NCBI GenBank assembly: GCA_001724265.1
Contig: MEDY01000026.1
Location: 1 to 64,000 of the forward strand
Source of the DNA: Rhizaria sp. SCN 62-66
Lineage: Eukaryota
Length of the DNA stretch: 64,000 nucleotides
Direction: 5' to 3'
Part shown: positions 47,872-60,625 of the stretch, piece by piece
Numbering within the stretch: position 1 is the stretch's first letter
Layout of the letters: every line of letters begins with the position of its first letter
The notes under the pieces: model-generated
The model's input: the letters and a program-made list of their open reading frames with translations, nothing else
Told to the model about the DNA's origin: nothing
The model's database searches: none
Position numbers and translations under genes: made by a program

Positions 47872-50800
47872 ATGGATGTTTCTGCGACCGCAAAGGCTCT
47901 CCAGGCCGATGTGTTGCGTCTTATAACCCCACATGTTAACCCCGAGACACGCGCATTCATCGCCACCTTGCGCCGCGCTGTGCGCACAGTCGAGCTCGTG
48001 CCGGCAGATATCATCGCCACCGCACCTAGCGTTTTTTCGCTTCCGCGTGCGCCGTCTCTTAAGGATCTCTCGTCATCCAACTCCACGCTGCGCAGGGCTA
48101 ACCTGGCGCGTTTGGCGGCGTACGCGAGCATTTCCGTGCACTTGCACGAGTACATTGACGACGTCTGCTGCCGTCACTACTGGCCCACAGGCGACGGCTT
48201 TTGGGCCGAGAGTGACAACGACGGCGGCGGTGAGATTGTTGCCGAATTCGCGTTGCCTTCGGACAACCACGAAGAAAATAACGACAAAAACATTGACGAG
48301 GGCGATGGCCAGGAGGATGAGGACGGCAACGACGAGAACAATGCGAACGGTGATGTTGACGGCGACAACGCCACAGAGAAGAGCTCAGCAGAGGCCAATC
48401 CTGAAGGTGAGAAGGCAAAGGAGGCCACCGCGTCTGATGCTGATGAGGGTTCCGATCCCGATGTTAGCACTGAAGCTACGCCTGCTGCAAACGTTGCGTC
48501 GGATGATGGTGACGGCGACACCAAGAGTGGTAACGACTCTGCGGACGCTGTTGCTGAGGATCTCACTGCTGACCTTGCGTCAACGCTTGAACACCGCGCC
48601 AACACAGCCTTGAAGGGCGGCAATGTCCGCCGTTTCTCGTAGCTGATGTTTCGCCACTGCTTCACCGCATGCTTTGAGCCCTATTTCCCCAGCAGCGGCA
48701 GCGAACACAGTACTGCTGCTTTGTGCACATGCGGTCTCAACTTCTGCGACTCATCCTCATCCTCGTCCTCATCCTTGGACTTGGAGTCGGAGTCAGAACC
48801 ATCGGAGCCGCGCCAGACTCTGTCTTCGGTGCTGCTGCCGCTGCTGTACAGCCCGTCGCGCACCGACGCCGCGCTAGCCGCGATCGCGCTACACGGCATC
48901 CTGCGCGCCGCGCCCACGCTCGACGCGCGCGCGGGGCTAGCCAACGGCATCGCACAGGAGCTGCTCAACGTGCTAATTGCGGTTCCCGTGGCGGCGAACC
49001 CGATCCTGGTTGACCACGCCGCGCGCGCGCTGCGGTACAGTCTCGAGAGCAGCACGTTAGCACATCTCACCGTCTTCGCGTGGCAGAGTCCTGTGCAGCT
49101 CATGTTCGACATGATGCTGGAGGAGAACTGCACCCAGGGCGGAGTTGAGACAACGTACGTGGCGCCAGAGGGCGGGTACTACAAGGGCGCAGAGGACACT
49201 GGCGACGGCGCACGGTGGCGGTCACCGCATGACGAGAAAATCCCGCTGTTTCCGAGCTCGTTTGACAATTGCTACGAGATCGAGCTTCTCGGCTGCATTA
49301 AGACGGCGCTTACGGCGATTCCGTGTTTTAGCAGCACTGGCGGCTGCGACAATGCGTCCGGCTCGTTTGCATCTTCTTCCGACACGTTTGCGTTCGACCT
49401 GTTCAGCAAGGCTGTCGGGTCCCTGCTCAGCGTGGTGACGGAGTCGATTGAGTGCATGAGCTCGCAGATTGACATCATGCCGCTTTTGCTCGAGCAGGGC
49501 GCTATTAGTACTCATTACGCGATGACGCGCTGTGCTGCACTGTTTCTCGAGATCGCACCGCTAATTCCGTCTCTTTTTCACGCCCTCGTTGGCACGGATG
49601 TGTACGCATATGCATCTACAACGGACGATAAGAACACCAATGCAAGTGAAAGTCGCACTGGCAAGAGTGCTGGCGCTGTGACTCTGAGCAAAGAAAAGGC
49701 AATCGAGCGTCTGCGTTGCGTGACGAAGCTTATTCGCCAACCGATCCGAGTCCTGAACAATTATTCGTCCAACCTTGGCATGAGCATGCCCTACGAGAGG
49801 CCGTACCACATCGACAGTCTTGCTTACGGCCAGCGCGACAACCGCGCCCCGTGGGCTGTGTTTCCGGACATGGAGCCCGCGTGGCGTGCGCGCCTTCAGG
49901 CCGCCGTGGCCGCGGTCAAGCGCGGGCTGCCGCGCGCGATTGCGGCGCAGCTGACCGCGGTGCAGCGCGAGGCGACGCAGACTCTTGCGGACCACGAGGC
50001 CGCCGTCGCAGCGTATAACAAGCGCAAGGCGAAGCAGGCGGTTGCTGCGCAAGACGGCGACGATAGCGACGACACTGATCACGAGACCGCGGAAGATGGT
50101 GCTGGGACTGATGATGATGACGACAGTTTAAGCGGATATGGGCTGTTTGACGATGATGAGTCGCTGCATGACGACAGCAGCGAGAATGGCGACAGCAGTG
50201 GCTTCTCAGCTGAGAAAGTGATAGATGACTACACTGCGCGCATGGCACACGAGGCTACGCAAGAAGCTGACGCGCCCCCCGCGAGCCCGCTTCTCCACCT
50301 CATTTTCGAGTCGTCGGGCGCTCTCCTTGCCTCGTTCCTGCCGCTGGCAGAGCTGTTGCCGCGCTCGGAGTATGGCTTCTTTGTGCGCGACTATGTTATT
50401 GGCAGCGAGATTTACACCGCCTTAGAGGTCTCTGCCCCCGGTGATCCGAACTGCTTTTTCATGCGCCGCGCAGCTGTGACACGCGGCATGCTGTCGCTGG
50501 TGTCACGCCTCGCGTCTCCGCGCATGCTGTCCATGGGCACCACGGTCATGGCCAAGGCGTTGCTGTTCGTGGACGCTGTTGCGAGCAGCGGTGCTCTGTA
50601 TCCGGCAGTGCGTGGCCCGCTGAAGGGCGACGACGCCCGTGCGCTGCGTGTGTGGACCAAAGATGGCGGGCCCATGTCCAAGGGGCAGGTGCAGGCTGTC
50701 CGGTTCTTTTCTCCTCCCACAAACGATCGGGAGGCGCGCGAAGGAACACAAGGGACCGAAGCGATGCTTGTCTCACTGCTTTCGTATGAGAAACTGCCCG

Positions 50801-51306
50801 CCAACGCTAAGCGGAAAAATGTTAGCAACAATAGTGGCTTGACTGGTGATGCTGTCGCAAACGCAATGATGCCTCCACCGCATCCAACAGAGCTGCTGCG
50901 TTGCAATGTGATTCGTATCGTGGGGCGCTCGATATCACACGACTTCTCGCCGAGCGCAGTGCCTGGCCTCGAGGCTCTTCCGCGCTTTGTGCGATGCGGG
51001 CTTCTCAACGTGCTCGCGAACACGTTGCCGACTATGCCACTGCGGTTGCGGCTTGCAGTGGCCGCGCTGGTGCCTGTGATTGCCGCCGAGTTCCTCGCGT
51101 GGGATATGAACATTGAGTCATTCACACCGTATCAGCGGCGGTGGATGCAGCAGTATGTTGGCGAACCGCTGATCTCGATGTACAGCGACGAGGCCTTTAA
51201 AACCCTTGTTGAGGTGCAGTGGAAAGTTTCGGTGATGGCAGCCTCGGGCATCGATGTCGATATGTTCGTAAAACCCTTGGTTGAGATCGCCGATATGGTG
51301 AACTAA
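47872..51306 (+). CDS. Hypothetical protein (~1,144 aa), helical/ARM-like with acidic inserts; one in-frame TAG
   Basis: ORF 47806..48642 (first ATG 47872) and ORF 48646..51306 are in the same frame, separated only by TAG 48640-48642 and CTG. Amphipathic helical segments; no family recognised. Ends TAA. Confidence 0.65.
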
Positions 51307-51643
51307 ATTCGTATTTGTTGTGGTATAATAATTGTTTCTGTGGACGTATGAGTCAGTACCGTTTGTTTCTTCAGGTTTATAGTGTTTTTTTTTTCATCCC
51401 GTCGTTCATGCCTAAGCAACACGTTTTACTTGCTCTTTGAGCAACTGTACAGTACAACGAAATGTGAAACGAATACATGTTGTGTATATTTCGAATTAAA
51501 CAATAATTGCGATAGAAGTTGAGGTCAAGAGTACCGCCGATACAATCCATTAGACTCACAGAAACTTAAGAAGACTTTACTGATAACTTTCGAAAAAGAC
51601 TGACAATACTGAACTGCTCTTCCATCATCTATCAGTCCTTCGC

Positions 51644-54158
51644 TTAGGTGATGTAGAGACTTGCCGAAAAGGCAACATCACGCCGCAGGAGCTCAACAGC
51701 AGCGTTCATCTGGTTACCCAGTTGAAGGTTGCCCATGACACGCGCCGCCGACGACACCGCGCGGCACGTCTCGGCCACGCGCAGAATGCACCGCACAATC
51801 GCGCCTTCCTGCGACGTTGTCGTCTCGCAGATACGCGCGAACGTAAGCCCGCGCGCCCACTCAAACACCGTCTTCATGAGCGCGGGGCGCACGTTTTCGT
51901 ACAGGAACTGCTCTTCGCTCACAGGTACGCCGGCCTCGCGCTGTGCGCGGCCAACCGAGAGCGCGACGCGTTCGACCGCGACGAGCGCGGTAGCGAGACG
52001 CTCCGGCAGTGCGATAGACTGCGCAATAAGCTCCATGTTGCTGACGGCCACGTTGCTGTTGCTGTTGTTGTCCTCGTTATCACCACCGCCAAACAGAGCG
52101 TTCTCATCGCCGTTTTCGTCGTCATCGTTGTTGCGATCGTCATCGTGCTCCTCGTTGCCGTTGCTTTGACCGCGCTTGTCCTGACTCGGGAGCGAGGTCG
52201 CCACATGCACGCCGCCTGCGGTGCGTGCGATACTCTCAGCGATGTTCGCAGCCAGCGAGCCCTGCTCGAGCAACGCTGTACGCACACTGCGCGAGGCAAT
52301 CGCGCGCTGCTTTAGTTTGAGCTGGCTTTCCTTGTCATTCTTGTCGTCGCGAGGCAGGTCTTCCTGGCACACAAAGCAGGAAATCACGGCCGCAGCCTCT
52401 GCAGGTGTGAGTTCGCTAAAAATGTTGCTCACAATCACCTCCGTCATCAGTACGCTATCACACGTGTTGATCTCGCACGCCACGCGGCCCTTGACCAGCA
52501 CGCCAAGTCCGTCGCTGATGAAGTTAAGCCGCTGCAGCATCACACAGCGAGCGCGATAATCGGCTACCAGCGTCGGGTCTGCCGCAGTCAGCCCCGCACG
52601 AGCCGCAGTGGCCTTAGTCTCCAAGTCGGCGGCCTCAGCCAGCGGTGCGTACGCCGCCGTCGTCGCACTCAGACACGCCAGAGGCGCCTCGCGCAGAGTC
52701 AGCGACGTGCGGATCACCGTATCGATGGCATCGTGCGCGGCCGCAGCTTCCTCCGCGTCGCCCGCGGCGCTGCTGCCGTTGCCGGACCAGGTCTGGCGGC
52801 CGCCCACGGTCGTGGTAGCCACGGCGGGCGCGGCGGAGGCGGCGCGGCCGAGGAGCGCGAAGGCCGGCGGGCAGAGCCAGAGGTTCACACACAGCGGCGA
52901 CGACAGCGCAAACGGGTTGCGGGCTGAAGAGTCGAGCGCGGGCGCGGCGGGACGCATCGGCTTGCCGTTCGCGTTGGCCAGTACGTGGTTGCCGCACAGT
53001 GCGGCGCGAGTGCGAGCGACCTCGGCGGCTGCGGCAGGGGTCGGGTGGAGCGCGGACCCGCTGCGGCCGCTGAGAGAAGCCATCAGAGACGCGGCGTGCG
53101 CGGTGGGACGGCGGGCGAATGACGGTGTCGCGAGAGAAGCGCCAGAGGCATCAACAGCCGAGTCGTCCTTGGCCTTCTTGCTCTTGTTCTTACTCTTGCT
53201 CTTTCCCTTAGCTTCACGTGGTTCAGGACCCTCTTCTTCCTCCTCTTCATCCTTTTGCTCGTCCTCTTCATCGTCGTCCTCATCATCGTCATCATCATCG
53301 TCGCCGTTATTGCCTTTACCATCGTTCTTGCTTGCTAGACGAACGCCATTGCCAGAGCCACCAGCCGCGAAACCCACAACAGCAGCATCATCAGGAGCAG
53401 CAGCAGCAGCCGCGTCATCGTTGGCCTTTTTCTCCAGAGCGACATCGTTCGCAGCGTCCACCGCGGCCTCAATCATGTCTGCGAGCAGAGGCGTGCACTC
53501 GAGCGTTGCGTGCAACAGACACGCCTCGAGGTCCAAGAGAGCGCGCGTGAGACGAACCGCTCCCCCGTGGTCCTGACCACGTGCAATGCTCGTGAAGGTC
53601 GCTGCGGCGTCGTCTGCGGAGTCGGTGATCGCCATACTGTTACTAACGCGATTGTTCGCAGCGTCGGCGTCAGCGAAAGACGGGAACGCAGCCACATTAG
53701 ACGCCTTCTTGTCAATATTCGCGTTCTTAGCAGCATCAGCAGCGGCATCAGCAGCAGAGGCAGCAGCAGCAGCGGGAGCGGACATCGAGTCAGAGAGCGG
53801 CATCACCTCATCCAACACGACCGCAATGTCCTTGGTTTCCACCGTGACGATCACGAACTCGCGCACGCCAAACAGGAAATCCGCCAGCGTATGCGTGAAG
53901 CCCGAGTCCGTCTCGCACGTCTGCAACATGCGCACGCGCACGGCGCGGCTCTTGTCCCGCAGCGCGCCGATCCCGTTGGCCAGCAGCCCGCCGTCACGCA
54001 CGGCGGTGACGACGCGGGTGGCGAGCTCGCTCGACACAGAGCCCTCAACGGCCTCGAGACTCGAGTCGAGCGGCGGCAGCTGACCGCCGAGCAGACCGGA
54101 CCAGGGCCCGAAGCGAATGGGCAACAGGCCGCCCGCCGCAAGCGTCGCCGCAGTGTCA

Positions 54159-54189
<31 letters not shown>

Positions 54190-57100
54190 GACCCTGTTGC
54201 TGCTGAGGATTGCTGCCAGCGAGCGAGAGCGAAGGCATGGGCGTCGACGCATGCGCGGGCGCGAGCGCGGGCGACGGCGCCGGGCTCGCGTCGGGCGTGA
54301 GCATCGGCATCAGCGCGTGGCCGCCGGGCGCCGCGATCCCTCGCGTCTGCGCCTGCGCCTGAGGCGGCGCGCCGCCGCCGCCCATGGCGCGCGACGCCTG
54401 GCCTTCGACCGTGGGTGCCGGTGCGGCGGCGAGCGCGCTGGCCTGCGCGAACTCGGCCTCGGGGTCGGGGAACGTGCGCGCGGGCTGCAGCTCGGGCGGG
54501 AAGACCGACGCCATCATCGGCTGCAGCAGCAGCGCGACCGTGACAGTGCGCGCGCTTTCGTCGCTGACTGCGGCGGCGGTGGTGGTCTTGCCCTTGTGGG
54601 TCTTGACCACGTTCGCGCTGAGCACGACCGCGAGGGCCGCGGGCGCCAGCGCGTGCGACACCAGCACGACGCGGCCGGGACAGAACATCTCGTTCCGCAC
54701 CTCGGGCGCCCGCATCGCGCGCGCCGTCAGCAGCGCCATCGCGTTGCGGTAGTCGCGCACGCGCGCGAAGTGCGTCCGCAGGTCGCTCACGTTGGCGCCC
54801 TCGGGCGGGGTGAGCTTGGCGCGGCGTAGCGTGGCCAGCCGGCGCTCGGCGCGCGCGAGCAGGCGCTTGAGCTCGGCCTGCCGCGCGGCGTCCGCCGTCG
54901 CGAGCGAGGCGCCGCAGAAGGACTTGGTGAGGAACTCGACCATCTGGCAGTCTTCTTGCCGAAGAACGTTGAGGATCATCGACGATGAGAGCTTGAACTG
55001 CGATGTGAGGCGCGTGGACGTGCCCGTGCAAAGCGCGCGCAGCGTCGATGACGGCGGCAGCGCGTCTTTCTCGCGGTCACCACCGATGATGACGACCCGG
55101 CCGACAGCGTCGAGGCCGCGGCGACCGGCGCGACCGGCCATTTGGATGAACTCCGAGCTCGTCAACTCACGGCTTGCAACGCCGTCGAACTTCTTGATGC
55201 CGTTAAATACCACGAGCTTGGTCGGCGTGTTGACGCCCATCGCGAACGTCTCCGTCGCGAACAACACCTTGACGAGCCCGCGCGCGAACACGATCTCGAC
55301 GACTTCCTTGACGATGGGCAGGATGCCGGAGTGGTGCACGCCGATGCCACGCAAACAGAGCTCGCGGATCTTCGTGACCTGCGGCAGCGCACGGTCCGCA
55401 GGCTGCAGCCGCTGGAGCGCGGCGTCGATGAAGATCTGGATCAGCGCCTTCTCGCCCGGGGTGCAGAGGTCGAGCCCCCGGAGGGCGCGGGCCGCTTCTT
55501 CGCACTTCTTGCGCGAGAACGAGAACACCACGGTCGGCAGCAGAGATGTGTCGCGGAGATACTTGATCAGCGCGGCCCAGTCCATCTGCGCGGCGTTGTT
55601 GTGACTCAAGTGGTTGCCGCCACCACCCCCGCCGCCACCGCCGCGGTTGTTGCTGTTGTTGCTCCCGCTGCGCTGGTATCCACCGGCGCCACTGCGCACG
55701 TTGTTGCTGACGTTCTTGTTGGCCGCACCACCCGCTGGCTTGAGCTTCCCTTCGGCTATATCGCGCTTGACCCGTTCCAGCGCCGCGTAGCCCTCCGCGT
55801 TGAACACGCCGAACTGGTCAACCACGCGCGAGAGGTCGTTATTGTACCACACGTAGAACTCGAGCGGCACGGGGCGCTTGTTCGTGTACATAACGTGCAC
55901 TGGCGAGCCGCGCACGCGTCCGATCCAGCCTGCGACTTCGGCGGCATTGGGCACCGTGGCCGAGAGCAGCACGACCTTGACGTGCGCAGGCAGCATGATG
56001 AGCGTCTCCTCCCACACGACGCCGCGCTCCGGGTCGGACAGATAATGCACTTCGTCGAACACGACGAAATCAACCTCGCGGATCACGTCGGCGCCGCGGT
56101 ACAGCATTGAGCGCAGAATCTCCGTCGTCATGACCAGGCACTGCGCGTCCTGGTTGATGACGACGTCGCCGGTGATGAGACCGACGTTGGCGGCGCCGAA
56201 CACGCCGCGGAAGTCGCGGAACTTCTGGTTCGACAGCGTCTTGATCGGCGCAGTGTACAGCACGCGCATGCCGTGCTTACGCGCCAGCGCGATCGCATAT
56301 TCGGCGACTACGGTTTTACCGGCGGACGTGTGCGCTGCGACAAAAACGTTGCGGCCGCTCTCCATGTGCATGATGGCCTCTTTCTGGAACGTGTCGAGCT
56401 CGAACGGGTACTGCAGCGCGGGCTCCGGCACAACCGAGGCGAAGTTGTTCACGTCGACAGCCTTGGTCGGAGCCCACTTGTTGGCATCCTCGGCTGCGCT
56501 GCTCACCGCGGAGCCAGCGCCCGCCGCGCGAGCAGCGGCGGCGTTGGACGCGGGCGCGGGCAGTGGCGACACGCGCGAGCTCTCAGTCGCGCCAGTCTTA
56601 TCGTCAGTGTCCGCAGTCGACGAGGTCGCGGCAGCAGCAGCAGCGGCGGCGGCGGCGGCAGCGGCGGACTGGGTCTTGGCAATGATGGCGTCAACCGCGG
56701 CACAGATGTCGGCGACGGCCTCATAGAACGTCGCCTGAGCGTGCTCGCTAGCACCAGCGCCAGCTGCAGCGCTGGCGGCAGCAGCGGCAGCGCCAGACGC
56801 AGCGGCGGCGTTAGAGTCACTTGCAGGACTTCTCGCAGGGCTAAGACCGTTAGACGTGAAGAGCGTGCGCACTACGTTGGAGCCAGTGCTCTTGTTGTTG
56901 TAGCCAAAGCCAAAGCCGCCGGAGCTGCTGCCGCTGCTGCGGAGGTCGCTGGCGCTGTCGTCCTCGTCGTCGCTACTACTGCTGCTGCACTGGAACGAGA
57001 AACCGCCGGGCGGGCCCATCGCGTTGCCAAGCGCGCTCTCGGCGCGTGCGCGCTGTGCCGCGATCTCCTCGGCCACTTCTGTCTGCGCCTTATACGCGCC

Positions 57101-59677
57101 GGTGGCGTAGGACACCCGCGGACGAGCGGGGGAGCCGATAACGCTGTCGCTGTCACTGGAAGCACCGCCGCCGCTGACCGCCGCGCTGAGGCTCCGGCTG
57201 TGGCCGTTGCCGTTGCTGTTGCTGGCCGCGTCACCGGAGGCTAAGGACGCCGGTTGCAGCGGAGAGGCTGCGTCCGGCTCAGGGGTTTGGTCACGGACAA
57301 CGCCTTCTTGTTCCGACTCGTCATCGTCGTCGCCGTCCCCGTTATCGTCACGGAACTCAGCACCGTTAACTCCAGTCTCGCCCTCCTTGTCGTTAAAGGC
57401 GTCTTGGTTCTTGCGAGCAGACTTGTCGCCGTGCACGACGCCCGCCTGCTCGTTGTCGCTCGCTTTCTTGTCGCCGCGGTCGCCGCCTGCAGCATCGTCG
57501 TCGCCGTCGCCTTCACGCTCGCTCTCTCCCTCGTTATCACCTCCGGCACCTTCTTCCCCTTCCTCCTCTTCCTCTTCCATATCCTCGCCGTGGCGTCCGG
57601 CGCTGCGATCGCCCTCCCGAGCACGACGACGGACGCTGCCGTTGTTCTCAGCGGCATCGTTATCGTCGTCCTCGTCGATGCCTTCGACGTCCCCTCCGGA
57701 CCGACTCCGGGGCTGCTGCGACCTCGCGGGGCCGGGGGCTGGGGCGCCGGCACTGATGCGGCCGCTGGCGGCAAGCCACGCGGACGAGAGCCCGTGGCCG
57801 CGGCCCAGGCCGGCCGCGAGACTCGCGCTCACATCACCCAGACTGCCATAGTTGCTGTTGTTGGCCATGCGTGCGCGTGTGTGTGAGGCGATGAGAGTGA
57901 GGACGCTCGAGAGTACCGTGCCCGCCGCGGTCGCGGGCACCGAGCCCGACTCACGGTCACGCATGCAGTCGGCGGTAACGTACTCCCATACTGCGTCCAT
58001 CGCCAGAGTCGTCACAGGAATCGACGACGACGATGACGACGACGACAGAGAAGATGCTACCGATGACGATGAGGACGATGAGGACGATGACGCGGTGACG
58101 AGTGCAATGCCACGGTCGATCAGAGGCGGGATCACATTGATCTCAGCGAAAACACGGTCCATATCACCGCGTTTAGCGGTGTTCACAGCAGCACTCGCAG
58201 CGGAAGCGGCAGACGACAGACTACTGCTGACGCCACCGCTGCCAATGTTGTGACTGTTGTTGCTGCTGTTGTTGCTCGCAGACACGTCGATAGCGGGCGC
58301 AGTCGCAGCAAGCTCAGGCCAGCACGATGCAAAACCCGCCTGGGACTGGTCGTAGGCCGCTGCCATCGTCAGAGCCGCGGCCGAGACGTCGTTGCCGCCA
58401 GCGCCCGCGGCACCAGCGCCCGCGTTCGCAGTAGCCGCAGCCGAAGCGGCGGCGGAAACCTGCAGTTGCTCGAACGGAGTCAGCTCCGCGGCGCCGAAAG
58501 ACGGAAACAGCGCGACACCGCTGTCGTAGTCCGCAGACAGCGTCGGCGGCCGCTGCTGCTCCGGCAGCCCGTGCCCGTGACCGTGAGCACCGTTCGCGTT
58601 TGCCGCGGCGGCGACCGCCGAGGCAGCTGCAGCCGCGCGCGCCGCCGCCGCGCAGGGAAAGAGCGCGTCAGCCTCGGCGGCGTCCGCGGCGCGTCCGCCC
58701 GCCGCAGCGAAATCGGCCGCGGCTTGATTTAGCCGCGCTGTCAAGAAGGCGGGGGCAAATGACTGCGTGTTGCGTACGCCGCCGCCGCCGTGGCCGGAAG
58801 CGCCCGCCGCCGCTGACGAGGATGAAGAGGACGCGCCCGACGTCACGGCGCCCGCGGCCGCGGCGGAACCCTCCGCGATGGGCCGGAGCAGGGAGGACGA
58901 CGCGGAGGCAGCGAGGGAGGCGGTGAGATCGCGGCGTTCGTCGCAGAGCTCGACGCGGCCGGTGGGACCCCGACGCAGGCGCAGGAGTGACGGGACCGGT
59001 GCGGGCGGCGGGGCGAGCACGGACGCCGTCGCTGTCGCAGTGTCAGCGCTGACATAAGCGGCGTTGTTCGAAGCTGCGTTGTTACGGTTTGTGATGATGG
59101 TGGGGGAGAGGAACGAGGGGGCGAGCGCGGCGGCCGGGCAAGGGGCACGCGCGGCCGGGAGCGTGGCGGGCAGCAGCGGCGCGGCGGCCGCGGTCAGGGG
59201 GTCCGTCTCCGCGGGGCCGGGCAGCGTGTAGGACTGCGCAGCGACCGTGACGGCGGGGACGGAGGCTGCGGGGGGCGGAACTGACAGCGCGGCGACGGCG
59301 GCCGCGAAGGCGGTCGACGCGGTGGACAGCGATGGCGTGGCAAAGATGGAGTCAAGCGCGGTCGCCGAGGAAGAGAACGGGAGAAGCGGGGCCGGCGGGG
59401 CGTTCAGCTGAGACCGCTGCGGGAGCTGATTTGACAGATTTTGGCCGCGCGACGAGGCGAGGCGCAGGGAAGTAGTGGGAACGACCGACAGCGAGCCTGA
59501 GACGTAGCTTTCGGAGACAAAACGGAAGCCAGAGATGTCGTTTGCAAGCGACTCGCCGGGCCGGCCACCTGTGGGGATGCCTGGGTGCGCGGGGACGCCG
59601 CTACCAGGCGAGAGGGAGGAGGACGGATCGAGCTGTGCTGCAGCGCTGATGCGTGCAAACGCGGCCTCGAAATCCAT
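51644..59677 (-). CDS. SKI2: Ski2-like DExH-box RNA helicase (exosome cofactor), 2,677 aa with large low-complexity inserts
   Basis: YPFELDTFQKEAI, VAAHTSAGKT, YTAPIKTLSNQKFRDF, FDEVHY, LLSAT, GIGVHHSG, ATETFAMGVN, QMAGRAGRRG, KGRVACEIN and the DSHCT-type end RRDVAFSASLY. The long N-terminal extension and FELDTFQKEA favour Ski2 over Mtr4. Ends TAA. Confidence 0.9.
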
Positions 59678-59922
59678 CACAGCCTATTCGGTTGAAATAA
59701 CAATTTGTAAATAATAGGTTGTTAGCAATGCTTAAATATATGAGCAGTCAAGTTGCAGTCCTGAACAACGATCGTGTGTCGAGGTAGTCTTGGTTCAAGA
59801 TGTTGAATTCGTGGATTTTTGTTTGTGGCCGAGGAGCCACCCCGCCCCGGCGCGAAGTCTATCACTCGTCACTATGAGATGTATACATTGTTTGAGTTAG
59901 TATAATTTCGCGCACAGGCAAA

Positions 59923-60625
59923 ATGTCATCTCTTCTCGATGATACTAAACCCTCACACGTGGTTGACGGATCCTCCTCGGCGTCCGCTTCCTCGACGGAT
60001 CCAACTTCTTCTCATCCTCTCGCTGGTACGTCAATCCATCCTTTCCTGCTCAAGCGCGTGAAAATCTTAACTCTTACGTACACCACTCACCCATAGCGTT
60101 ATCTATTGTGCATCTTACAGGTAAAAATGCGCCGTTTACGTTCTCCTACGATATTAGCGGCGTGCCGGCGACTTTCGCGGTGACGCATCACGCGAATCAA
60201 GTCAACGTGATCGTGTCGCAGACGGGCGCTGTCGGCACAGTCATTCACGCAGAGGCTGATTCCTCCATCGCAGGCGTCGCCACCGAGGACACCACGTTTA
60301 CCGTCAAGGTCCTGCTTGGGTACGCCTCAGTCATCCAACCGCATATCTTTGTCAATTATTCTTCAACGGCTAGCTCTATTGCTTCCTTTGCTTACTTCCG
60401 CATTCGAGCTTGTTTCTTCCCCCATTGCCTCACAGTTCGCGCGACTCGTCCACCGACGGCGCCGTTGCGCTGGCGCGCCGCGTCATCGCCAGCATGACTT
60501 CGGCCTCGGCCGCGGCCACCCGCCCCCCCAAGGCCTTGCAGCTGCTGCTTGGTTTCCCCGCGCCTCTTTCGCTCGAGACTGCCAAGGAGGTCTACAAGGT
60601 GCTCGACGACGCCGGCACTTGGTGA
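59923..60625 (+). CDS. PSMG3: Proteasome assembly chaperone 3 (PAC3), ~163 aa, 3 exons
   Basis: Exons 59923-60025, 60121-60319 and 60436-60625, phase-consistent. NQVNVIVSQTGAVGTVI..FTVKVLLGSRD..LARRVI..LQLLLG..terminal W match the PAC3 pattern. Ends TGA. Confidence 0.82.

Noticed and set aside
5873-48642. In-frame TAGs as pyrrolysine, as Trp by A-to-I editing, or as pseudogene lesions
   Set aside because: The contexts are Gln repeats, not catalytic or Trp sites. No Pyl machinery is seen, and no accompanying frameshifts or TAA/TGA lesions are present. Not formally excluded without reads and transcripts.
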